Shown here: positions 20,001 to 30,328 of the stretch, in pieces
How positions within the stretch are numbered: position 1 is the first letter of the stretch
Layout: every line of letters begins with the position of its first letter
Assembly: GCA_013265495.1 (NCBI GenBank)
Contig: MU057781.1
Location: 1,490,001 to 1,538,078 of the forward strand
DNA from: Vicugna vicugna
Lineage: Eukaryota
DNA length: 48,078 bases
Direction of reading: 5' to 3'
Notes under the pieces: model-generated
The model's input: the letters and a program-made list of their open reading frames with translations, nothing else
The model's database searches: none
Told to the model about the DNA's origin: nothing
Made by a program: the position numbers and the translations under genes

Positions 20001-20507
20001 AGCTGAGCTCTGCTTCTTACAGATTCCGTATGAGAGCTCCCCCTCCACCAATCACTTGCCCAAGGACCCCATCTCAGTCCCCAACCCAAGACAGAACGCA
20101 CCCAGCAGAGGAAGGGTGGAGAGTTTTGCTTGCTGAGCCCCTGCTGGACAGCAGACAGGCTGGGCGCTGTCTGTGTGATAGTGTGTGAACTCTCACTGTC
20201 ACCCTGAGGCTGGTTTACCCCAGTTTACAGGTGAAAAGGGTGGTTCTGGGTGGCAGGGGAGCTGACCGGTCACACAGATGGCCAGCCTCTCCTGCACCTT
20301 GCAAGAAGCCACACCTAAACCAACCCCTCCTGTACCCCTTTGTTTCCGCTTCGTCCTTTCTTGCTCACCTACCTGGTCAGCAAAGGATGGCTGCAGCTGG
20401 CTGACATCCAGGGGGCTGATCAGGGGGACGCTGTCCATAATAGCCCCATCCTGGTCCCCAGGGTCTTTGCCTGACTTCCCCGAGAAGCTGCAGCTCAGCT
20501 TCACCAT
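17058..20507 (-). CDS. CALY: Calcyon neuron-specific vesicular protein (NSG family), 235 aa
   Basis: Coding exons 20373-20507 (MVKLSCSFSGK...ADQ), 19246-19359 (VVIKTQTEYQLSSPDQ...), 18527-18640 (TM segment, MYKAVWYDQFSCPDGFLLR) and 17058-17402 (HKICTPLTLEMYYTELDPERHRSILAAIGAYP...PAPQ*). All introns GT-AG, phase 0; Kozak CCACCATGG. Confidence 0.97.
17119..17202. repeat. Coding 12-bp tandem repeat x7 in CALY exon 5 (EPSG KPSA KPSA KPSA KPSL KPSE KPSA)
   Basis: Units gcggagggcttc, tccgagggcttc, agggaaggcttg, gcggagggcttg x2, gcggaaggcttc, ccggagggctcc read directly. Confidence 0.95.
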
Positions 20508-20839
20508 GGTGGATGGTAGTCCTTGTCCTGTCCACAGGTAGACACAGAGTCACTGCCCACTGGCCACCTAGCAGATGTTCACACCAGCTGGCTCTGGAGT
20601 GAGAGGACCCCAGGTTGACCCTGATGCTCCTCACGCCAGAGCCAGGACGGGCTGTGGGCAGCCAGGCCAATCTCCCTAGGACAGACCAGGCGAGACCAGC
20701 CACAGGGTTCTAGTCCCTTCCTGCCCACTGGGCTCCCTCGAGTCCCCACAGCCCTGCAGGGGATGGCGCCTCTAGAGGACATTCCAAGAGCAGCTATTCC
20801 AACCAAGAGAAAACAATCCCAGAGAGAAGGCTGGAGAGT

Positions 20840-21032
20840 CAGGAGGCCAAACTTAGCAAATAAAAATACAGGACACCAGGTGAAGTCTGAACTACAGACA
20901 AGCAAGGGGTGCTTTTGCTTTTTGTAATATATCCATGTAATATGCAATGCAGGACATACTTATGCTAAAAAGTTATTGTCTATCTGAAATTCAAACTTAA
21001 TTGAGTGTCCTGTGTTTTATCTGGCAACCCTG
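20840..21032. mobile_element. MER53 hAT-type non-autonomous DNA transposon (palindromic)
   Basis: TTAGCAAATAAAAATACAGGACA...TATCTGAAATTCAAACTTAATTGAGTGTCCTGTGTTTTATCTGGCAACCCT with internal inverted symmetry. Confidence 0.8.
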
Positions 21033-21970
21033 CGGGAGATGGGGAAGTAACAAAGGGCTATAGGAAGAGAATGCTGGTGGGTAAATCCAAGCACTACCTG
21101 CACAGAGCATGGTGGTAAAGGTGGACTTGGGGCTGGGCCATCAGGGACCTGGAATGACCTGACAAGAGCAGAAGTGGGGGCAGGGTGGATGCTGGAGGGG
21201 CCTTCGTGGGCTGGAAGAGGTCAAAGCCTCCCCCAACACTGGAGAGGTCAAGATAGTCTCACTTTTGGGCTGACCACTAAGAGTCACAGCAAATGACTTC
21301 TAACTGAAAAAGTAAAAACATAAAACATAGTCAAAAGAAGAAAAGGTCCTTTGTCCACTAAGAAACTGAATTTGTCATTAAAACCTTCTGACAACTCCAG
21401 GCCATAAAGCATCACCCCTAAATTCTACCAATCACTTAAAGAGGAAATAATGCAAATTTCACACAAAACTCATCCAGAAGAAAGTCCTGGAAAAGCCAGA
21501 GGAAGGATTCGTCTGCCAGGCGTCCAGCTTGCTACACAGCAGTGGAGTCTAAGCTGTGTGGGGTTGGTGCATGGTGTGCCCATGTGACACACTCTACACT
21601 CACGGACCACGGGTTTATGATGGAGATGTCGCTGCAAAGCAGAGGGGTGGCCACCTTTCTATAAATAGATGTCCACATGGCAAACAATGGACCTAATCCC
21701 CACCTCACACCTCACACAAAAACTGCTCCAGCTGGAGAAACCAAGATGGAAAAGCATCTTGAAGATAATGCAGGAGAATACTTTCCTGGTCTCAGGGAAG
21801 GAAAGAGTTCTTCAGTAAGACAAATAAGCACTAACCACAAAAAGCAATGTCAGTGAAAGAAGTACATTAAAGTTAAGAACTTCTGCCCATCAAAACATAG
21901 CCTTCAAAGAATGGAAATAGAAACCAAGACTGGGAGAAGATATTTGCAACCTGCAAATGAGAAAGGGCTT

Positions 21971-22390
21971 GTTGTGGGTTCAACAAAAGATGTGCCCAAG
22001 TCCTAACCCTGGGAACCCCTCCCTGAATGTGATCTTATTTGGAAACAGCATCTTTGCAGATCTAACTGAATTAAGATGAGATCATACTGGACTAGGGTGG
22101 ACCCTGATCCAATGACTGGTGTCCTTGTAAGAAGGGGGAAATTTGGACACAGATGCACATAGGAGGAGACGGCTATTGAAGGGATGCAGCCGCAAGCCAA
22201 GGGACTCCTGGGGCCATCAGGAGCGGGAAGAGACAGGAAGGAGCCTCCCCTACTGCCTCGGAGGGAGCATGGACCTTTCAACATCTGGATTTCTCACTTC
22301 TTGCCTCCAGAGATGTGGAAGAATAAGTGCCTGTTGTTTTGAGCCACCAGTTGAACTAATTTGTTACAGCCGCTCAAGGAAGCCAATCCA
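21971..22390 (+). mobile_element. MaLR LTR (MLT1-like) inserted in an old L1 fragment (L1 about 21300-22480) in CALY intron 1
   Basis: GAATGTGATCTTATTTGGAAA..CTTTGCAGAT..TAAGATGAGATCATACTGGA..CCAATGACTGGTGTCCTTGTAAGAAG..TTGTTACAGC; flanks are L1 ORF2-like (GACTGGGAGAAGATATTTGCAA). Confidence 0.8.
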
Positions 22391-23948
22391 AAGCGGCTAT
22401 CTAAAATACACAGAATGCCTCGAGTTGGTAAAGAAAGACAGCTAACCCAAGAGAAAAACGGACAAAAGCAGATCTCAAATGGCCATGAACTCTGAAGAGT
22501 GCTTACCTTCTTCTCCTTGAGACACATTCGAGCCAGGTGGGGACCTGCCCACCAGAACCCCTGAGGGCGCGGGAGCAGACACTGTGCACGGTGGGGGTCG
22601 ATATGTTTTATCTAGGATGTTGAACCTGTGACTGGCCTCACTCTTGGGTGGACACCGGCAGGAAGGCGGGTGGGCTGCAGGTGGACAGCCGCACCCTCCC
22701 ACAGAACTGCGCACCAGCATGCATCTCCAGGGTAGAACGAGTACATAAAGGAGGCATTCCTGGGACTGAGTTCCTTAGAGCAGTGGAAGTGAAGAGACTA
22801 CTGGCTACATGGAAGAACAGCCCTGAGTCACAGAAACAGAGCTGCCAAAAGAAGCCAGCAAAAGGAAGTTTCAAGAATAAGCAAACACAGCCTGCTTTAA
22901 GAGCTGGGGGTGGGGGGATCTGGGCAATGCGCCTATGTATGCAGAGTCCCGGTGGTGCCCTTGGGGGAGAGGAGCGGCTCTGGGGCAGGGTTTCCAGTCT
23001 TCACCTGATAGTAGATGCCTGGGGTTCACTTATGACAAATGATTAGGCTGCATGTTTGCTTTATGTCCTCTTCTGAGTTAGTTATATTCACAACAAAAAA
23101 GGTAACAAGCAAAGGAAACCAACAAAAGGACAGCGGTCAGGTAGCAGAGGCACAGCCGCACCAAGCGCCTTCCCCCCAGGACTGGACCCCGAAGTTCAGC
23201 TGAACAGACAGCTGTGCCCCGCCTGTCCCCTTCTTCGTGAGGACCCTCTGAGGTGAAGGGTAGAACCCAAGGGCAGCGTCTTCTGCCTTGGCCTCCAAAT
23301 GCGGTCCTTCCCTCATCACTGCCTGCACCCACCTTGCATAGACTGCTCTGCCTCTGAGCCCCCAGACTTCTGTCCTGGGTGACCTCTCCTGGTAACAGCC
23401 CCACCAGCGCCGGTGCCCACCAGCCCCACAGGCGATCGCTCTCTGACACCCCAGTGGCCAGGCGCTGCTGTGGGTCCCAGTGTGGGCAGGCCAGGTGGGA
23501 ACGCTGAAGGAGAACCCCTGCCCAGCGCGGAGACAGATGCGCAGGATGGAGTGTGGGAGGCGCTGGGAGATCCCCTTGGGTCCGCCACTGTGGGACAGGC
23601 GGGAAGCAGCCGGCCTGGGCTGAGAAAGGGGTCGCCGGCATCGTGGACTCCCTGGTGGCCCGCGGAGGAAGGTGCTCTTAGGGTCTTGAGCTGGGGCCCT
23701 TCCCTGGATGTGCGCGCCTCTCTCGTGGCCCTTAGAGACCAGCGAAGCGGCCCCACTCCCACCCGCCAAGCTGGTGGGCTCTTCCTGAGGTAGATCCGAG
23801 CCTGGCCTGGGCTCAGCCTGTGGATGACGCGGTCACCTGGGCACCTGCCCCAGGCGGGCGGGCGATCAGTCAGTCATTATCCACGCGGACAGCGCTTGTA
23901 TGACGTCCACGCTCCATGAGGCAGAGATGGATTTGGAGACATCATCAC

Positions 23949-23952
<4 letters not shown>

Positions 23953-23987
<35 letters not shown>
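23953..23987 (+). repeat. A35 homopolymer in CALY intron 1
   Basis: 35 consecutive A; no SINE body adjacent. Confidence 0.95.
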
Positions 23988-23989
<2 letters not shown>

Positions 23990-24389
23990 TCCGGCAATCC
24001 AGTGCAAGGAAAAGAAACAGACCAAAAGCGCCGAGAGGGGGCCATGGAGAGGGTATGATGGTGACAGGGGGCTGCGGGGGAGGACGGTTCGAGGTGGGGA
24101 CAGCAAGTGCCCAGGCCTTGGGGCGGGAATGGTGCCGCCCAGGGAGAGAGGGGACCTTTACGCAGCGGACGCCCCCGAGGTTAGCAAACCAAGCCTGCAG
24201 TTTACAGGAGCGTAGACCCGTCAATCCAGGTTGGTGGCCACGCCCTCTGGAAGGCAGAAGGAGGAAGTCTCCCCCTCCTCCCGCCGGAGGCCCCTCCGCA
24301 TATGGAGCTCCGCCTCTGGGTTCCGTCTGACCCAAACGTAAGCTCCAGCTCTTCTGACTCTGCGTGACGTTCATGGTACATCATCCCGG

Positions 24390-24403
24390 GTTTCCATGGC
24401 AAC
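24390..24403. promoter_or_regulatory. RFX X-box GTTTCCATGGCAAC in CALY intron 1
   Basis: 13/14 match to the palindromic consensus GTTGCCATGGCAAC; CRE-like TGACGT at 24365. Confidence 0.55.
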
Positions 24404-26031
24404 AGAGACAGGCAGGCAATGACACGTCTTCTTGAAGAAAAGAAGCGCTTTGGGGCCCAGTCAGAATGACGGGGAGAGGCTGGGCTGCATGTGGGAAGCG
24501 CCCCCCAACATTCCCTTCCTTCGCTGAGTCATTAGGACCCCCTGGGAAGGCTGGCTGGGCCCATTCACACGACAGACACAGAGCTCCGTGGAATTGGAGG
24601 GGTCTTCTCTACTCCTCCCACCGGCCCTCTCCACCCACCCTGCGCTGTAATTATGCCTTCTGCAGCGGCTCAGCTGCTCCCCACCAGCTGTGAGCTCCTG
24701 GGCTGGAGGGAGGTGCACGTCTCCTCTAAGAGGATTGGGACGGGCGCACCGGATAAGCAGTGAGGCTGTGCTGATGGACAGAATGGATGGATGGATGGGA
24801 GGGTACGGACCCTTAGTTGAAAGCCCGCAGGAAGCTCGGCTGCAGGTCACGTCACAGACTCGCTTTCACACGCGCACGCGCGCGCACACACTACCCTGGA
24901 TGCTGCGTCACTCATAGGTGCGCGTCAGTGCGCACCGGCACGGGCATGTGCAGGGCCGGGCACGAGCCTCCTGTGCGCTTTGGGCAGGCATGTGACTGCG
25001 GAGCGCAGGGGGCCTGCAGGCTTTGCTGAAGCCCCCGCAGAGCCCCTGTTCCCGAGCCCCGTCTCCTAGCCCAGCCTCAACCCCCACCTAGGTGCCCTCC
25101 CACCCTTTGCCCTGCTGGCCGGTAGTGGGTTTGGCTGCTGGTTCAAGGGCAGGTGGACCACTGGCGCCAGCCCAGCCCTGAGCGGCCCAGGCGAGGGGGA
25201 AGGTGGTGGGAGGTGCAGGTCTGCACCGGTTTCAGCTCCCACCTACCAGCCACCTGTGGCCTTGCATCTAGAGCCTGGGGCAGGTAGTTCTGGAGAAATG
25301 CCCTCTTCCTGCCTCTGGGCCACCTCCCGCCTGCCGCGCAGCCTCCCCAACCCTCCCCCGCCCCGAGCCGGCAGCGCTTTTCCCTGCTCTGATCCATCCG
25401 ATGTCCCCTTCTGTTTTCCCCACCCCACTCAGGCAGAACTGAACCGGTCCTGGAACTGGCCCCCTCCCCACCTCGGGGACGTCCAGCTCCCACTGGCTCT
25501 CTCAGACCTGCAGAGGTGGAGCTGGCTCACGGGAGAGGGGCTGCAGTCACCATGGGTGGCGGGGCGCTGCTTTCCATCAGTCAGTCCTACTCCGACCCGA
25601 GCTGTGCGCTCTACTGAGGACTGGGAGCCGGGCAGCACGTTTGGTCTGTGCAGAGGTGGACACTCACCGCCCTTCTTGGACGTCCAGGCAGAGACTCGCC
25701 CCACGGAGGCCCCGATCCTCCGGGAGGCCTGAGGGCAGCACCCCGCGGGGGTCAGCAAAGACCCCCAAGGGAGGACCCCAGCTCCGCCGGCCACCAGTGG
25801 GTCAGTCGCAGGGCCCTCCCACCCCCGCTCTCCTACTGCTGCACACGCATCTGCATACACGCATCCCGCACATCTGCGAACTCGCACCTCTCACATCTGT
25901 GCACACACACCGGCATAGCTGCAGCCCCCGCACACGCACCACGCACACTCGCGCAACGCACTTGCACACCTCTGCACACACTTGGCCCCCCTCGACCCCG
26001 CTCCACGAGGAAAAATGTGGAAATGGCTCAC

Positions 26032-26230
26032 AGGTGGCTCCAATGGGCAGCTGCGGCAGGATGCGGTCGCAGGACAAGGATGCGGTCGCAGGACAAGGAT
26101 GCGGAGGCAGGATGCGGTTCCAGACGCTTCGCAGCTGGGGCGGGCCGGGGGCGGGGCCGAGCCCCAGACCGAGGCTGCCGTTGCCGTGGAGACGCAGGCT
26201 AGGGGAGCGGAGCCTTGCGTCTGCCGCCGC
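26032..26230 (-). promoter_or_regulatory. CALY: CALY non-coding exon 1 and CpG-rich promoter (5' limit approximate)
   Basis: Donor CT|GTGAGC at 26032/26031 joins acceptor CAG|GACAAGGAC at 20527, giving ...GGAGCCACCT GACAAGGACTACCATCCACCATG, which resembles the human CALY leader as recalled. GC boxes near 26140-26157, X-box-like GTTGCCGTGGAGAC at 26180-26193, CpG-dense. Confidence 0.75.
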
Positions 26231-27044
26231 CGCACCCCTCCCACGCGCGCCCCGTCCGGGGGGGCCCCACCGTCTGTCACTCGCTTAGACACACGCGCCA
26301 CATCCACATACGGCGCACACCTCACAGAAACACACGCATCTCACACACACCATTCACACTTACAGCACCGAGCTCCAGCGGGGCAGACCCCCGGCCGGCT
26401 GAGCCCCTGCTGCTCCTCCTGTGGGGGTATCTGGGCGCAGACTCTCCCTCTGGCCCCTTTGAGCAGCTTTGTTCAGGCACAGCTGGGTTGGGTTACCCAC
26501 CCACCCAGAGGGCCTCCTCCTCACGTCTCAGGGCCTAAAGCTCCTGGGCTGTCCGCCTTCCGAGGGCAAGCCTGACACTCTTGGTGGCCGCTGTGGCCCA
26601 GGGCCCGCCCAGCCTGGCCGGGAGAAGGCTCACAGTCGCCTTGGCTGAGTGAGCGGCCAAGTGGGGGCTTGGCCCCTCGGGGTCAGGGCTCCCCACCCGG
26701 GCTCACAGCCGTGGAGGAGAAGCGGGGCGGCTGTGTCGGGCCTTTTTGCTGTTGAACAGCGTGCCGTGGTGTGGACGCCCCGTTTTATCTCCTCAGCTGA
26801 GGGCTCTGGGCTGTTTTCAGTTTTGTTTGCTGTCGGTGAATGTTCTCGCCTTCGTACCGGGGCTTGCTTTTCTCTCCGCAGGTACCTAGGAGTGGGGTGG
26901 TAGTTTACATTTAGCTTTTTAAGTTAAACTTTTTTCCAAAGTGGCAGTACCATTTCTCACTCCCTCCAGCCACGTCGGGGACACCGGCTTCTCCCATGTC
27001 CTCACCAGCACGTGTCACTGTCTGCCTTTTTTATTACAGCCATC

Positions 27045-27423
27045 TGTATTTGTTTGCAGGGCTGCCAGGACGAAGTGCTTCGGACCAGGGGGTGTAAACA
27101 ACAGGGATTTACTTCTGCCCAAGTCTGAGGCTGGGAGCCTGTCTTGGGAGCCGGCAGGTTGGTTTCCTCTGAGGCCTCCCTCCTGGGCCTGTACACACCA
27201 TCTTCCCCCTGGTCTCAGTGGTCTTTCCTCTGTGTGTCTGTGTCCTGATCGCCTCTTCTTATAAGGACACTAGTCAGAATGGATCAGGGCCCACCCATAT
27301 GACCTCATTTTAACTTAATTATCTCTTTAAAGACCACATTTCCAAACACAGTCACATTCTGAGCTACTGGGCGTTAGGGCTTCAACACGTGAATCTGGGG
27401 AGGAAACAGTTCTGCTCCCAACA
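27045..27423 (-). mobile_element. MaLR LTR (MLT1A/B-like)
   Basis: CTCTTCTTATAAGGACACTAGTC..GGGCCCACCC..ATGACCTCATTTTAACTTAATTA..CACATTCTGAG..TTAGGGCTTCAACA matches MLT1 as recalled. Confidence 0.8.
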
Positions 27424-27501
27424 CTGACCCAGTGTCCACTAGTAGGCCTGGTGATATCTCACTGTGGTTCGCATCTGTTCCCCTGATACTAACGATGCTA
27501 A

Positions 27502-27930
27502 TGTCAGCGAAAATTAACCAATGGTTGGTCTACAGGAGAAACAGAGAATTTTATTCCAGCCAACCTGAAGATTGTAACTCAGAAAACTCTGAGGACTGTT
27601 GCGTTTGTTAGAAGTTGAAGGCACAGTTATATATATTTTCACGCAAAGGGTCGCTCATCAAGCCAACACTGACATTTTATATAAAGTTCACCAAAAACAC
27701 ACAGTCCAGATGTACACGTCTGAAAGGAACTGCAGGTCACCATGGCCCTTACAGAATTAGGAAAAGAATGAAGAGGGGAACATTGATCTTTGTGGTGAGA
27801 CAGACAATCTTGCTTTAGAGGAGGTCTGTGTGATGCACACAGCATGTCAGGGAGGGCTGAATACGGACAGGGAGTGTGTTATGCTTAAATTTTCTTGTCC
27901 TGTCTTAAAACCGTAAATTTTACTCCACCA
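27502..27930. mobile_element. LTR-like insertion within L1
   Basis: TG...CA-bounded block interrupting contiguous L1 sequence. Confidence 0.5.
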
Positions 27931-28169
27931 ATAACTAAATGTCTCTTCATGGATTTATTAGTCACTTGTATGTCTTTGGTGAAATGTTTGTTCATATGTT
28001 CCAAACATTTTTCAGCTGGGTTGTTTGTCTTATGACTGAGCTGTAAAACCTGTATATTCTGGATACAAACCCTCTATCAGACATATGATTTGCAAATAGT
28101 CTCTCCCAATCTGTGACTTATCTTTTCACTTTCTTGATAGTATCTTTTGAAATGCAAAAGTTTCTAATT

Positions 28170-28298
28170 AAAAAAAAGTTGGGGGAGAGTTAACTAGGTT
28201 TATTTATCTATTTACTTTTAGAGGCAGTACTGGGGATTGAACCCAGGAACTTGTGCATGCTAAGCATTTACTCTATCCCTTGAGCTATACCTTCTCCC
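28170..28298 (-). mobile_element. tRNA-derived SINE of the camelid Vic-1 type
   Basis: Reverse complement GGGAGAAGGTATAGCTCAAGGGATAGAG..TGCTTAGCATGCACAAGTTCCTGGGTTCAATCCCCAGTAC (A and B boxes) with AT-rich tail; imperfect TSD AAAAGTTTCTAATT / AGAAGTTTCTAGTT. Confidence 0.8.
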
Positions 28299-29182
28299 AG
28301 AAGTTTCTAGTTTTGATGAAGTCCAGTGAATCGATTTTCTCTTTTATGTGTCATGCTTTTGGTGTTGTGTTTAAGAACTATTTACCTAAACCAAAGATTT
28401 GAAAATTTTCTCATTTTTTCTTCCAGAGGGTTTATAATTTTAACTTCTATATTTAAGCCTGTGGTGCATTTTGAGATAATTTTTCTGTGTGTGGTCTAAG
28501 TTTTTTTTTTCTTTTCACATATGAATATCCAATTGTCTCAGCATCTTTTGTTAAAAATCACTGCCCTTGTCTTGTCATCTTTGTCAAAAGCCAGTTGTCC
28601 ATACATGGGTGGCCTTATTTCTGGACCCTTAATTCCATTTCCCTGATCTGTGTCTCAGTCTTTATGTCTACAGCATGTCTTTTATCACTGCGGCTTTGTA
28701 GCAAGTTTTGAAATGGTGTAGTGTATGGGTTCCAATTTTGTCCTTTTGGAAATTGTATTGGCCTTTCTGTGTCATTTGCATTTTCATATATATGTCAGGA
28801 TCAACTTGTCCATTTTTACAAAGAGTTCTGCTCGGAATTTGATAGGCATTGCATCAAACCTATAGATCAGTTTTGGGAGAATCACCATCTTAGCAAAGAC
28901 TTGAGTCTTCTAATCCATGAAGAAGGAAATTCTCTCCCTTTACTTAGATCTGTGATTTTTTTCAGCTCTATTCTTGTGCTTCTTTTGTTGAATTTATTCC
29001 TAAGTATTTCATTATTCTAGGCAAGCAAACCAAGACTATGAAAGGTCCTTTTGTATATAAATATCAAATCATTCATCTGTTGTTTACATCCCAGAAGATA
29101 TGGGTTACAGATGAGAAGACAGTTATTTTATCTGATGAATAATGTATTGCTAGGTATAACCCTGTTAAGATGTGTAAAATTA

Positions 29183-30127
29183 GATGGACCTGGAGTTGGT
29201 CATACTGAGTGAGGTAATTCAGACCGAGAAAGACAAACACTACATGATGTCACATATATGTGGAATCTAATAAATGACACAAGTGAACTTGTTTACAAAA
29301 CAGAGATTCACAGACATAGAAAACAAAACTTATGGTTACCAAAGGGAAAAGGGGGAGGAGGGATAAATTAGGAGTTTGGGATTAGCAGACACAAACTGCT
29401 ACACATAAAATAGATAAACAACAAGGTCCTATTGTATAGCACAGGAAACTATATTCAATATCTTATAATAACCTACTTTTACAGCAAAATGTGTTACAGC
29501 TCAGTGTTACAGCAACCTGGACCCTGGTGAGAGACCAAGCAGCACTCAGAGGGTTGGAGAACTCAGGTTTATTATGCCGGTAGGCCTAGAGGTGTTAACA
29601 CTCCAAGCTCTGGACCCCGTTTGTCAGTTTACACAGGCTTTTATAGGCTACCAGTCAAGACTTTGCAACATTTTGCAACATCATATGCAGAGTAGGTGTT
29701 AGAAATGGACCAATTGGAAGTGACAGAAATGGACCAATCAGAAGTGATAGAAATGGACCAATCAGGAGTAAGCTAGGTTTGTGCCATATGTAGAGTAGGT
29801 GTTAGAAATGGACCAATCAGGAGTGAGCTTTGGGAACCAATAGAATCTTAAGGGTAAGTTCTGCTTTTTTAGAAGCAAGCTGTTTTACAGAAGCACAAAA
29901 GCGAGATAATGCCGCTGGGTCAGGGAACCGCAGCTGGTGGAAAACTAGTGGCCCTGCCTGGGGGTCCTGCCGGTCTTCTCATGAGGCTTCCCACCTCACT
30001 ATAATGGAAAAGACTCTGAAAAAGAATATATATACATATATATGTATGACTGAATCACTATGCTGTGCACTGGAAACTAATACAACATTGTAAATCAACT
30101 ATACTTCAATAGGAAAAAAAAGGTTCA
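29183..30127 (+). mobile_element. 5'-truncated L1 3' end inserted into NUMT CYTB
   Basis: Typical L1 3' sequence (ATGGACCTGGAG...AAATCAACTATACTTCAATA + A tail). TSD TAAAATTA at 29175-29182 and 30128-30135; removing the insert rejoins CYTB. Confidence 0.88.
29477..29998 (-). mobile_element. Solo ERV LTR nested in the L1
   Basis: Interrupts L1 ATAACCTA|TAATGGAAAAG with 4-bp TSD CTAC/CTAT. Minus-strand TATAAAA (about 29640) and AATAAA (about 29570); tandem 24-bp AGAAATGGACCAAT units at 29701-29772. Confidence 0.75.
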
Positions 30128-30259
30128 TAAAATTAAACAAATAGCAAGCAGGGAATGGAAATTTTATCCTGATGAGATATTTGATGGGGCTAGTAGATCA
30201 ATAAATGTCCTGTAATAATTTTGATTAATGGGTGGGATTTTTCAGTGTTGGTCATTAGT

Positions 30260-30328
30260 GTTCCTATAGTGGAAATATGATGATGATTTTTCAAGTAATT
30301 AACCCTGCTTACATTCCAAGTAAGAATA
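30260..30328 (+). pseudogene. Mitochondrial tRNA-Glu pseudogene (part of NUMT)
   Basis: Lies between the CYTB start (30255, minus) and ND6 (about 30330-30850, plus); TTC anticodon near 30290. Confidence 0.7.

Larger units (their letters stand above)
26880..29020 (-). mobile_element. Old L1 (L1M) ORF2/3' fragment, interrupted by MLT1, an LTR and a SINE
   Basis: Antisense L1 phrases such as TATATTCTGGATACAAACCCTCTATCAGACATATGATTTGCAAATA and AATTGTCTCAGCATCTTTTGTTAAAA. Confidence 0.8.

Noticed and set aside
23941..23990. A35 as the tail of a retrocopy
   Set aside because: No upstream AATAAA, no recognisable gene or SINE body and no TSD.
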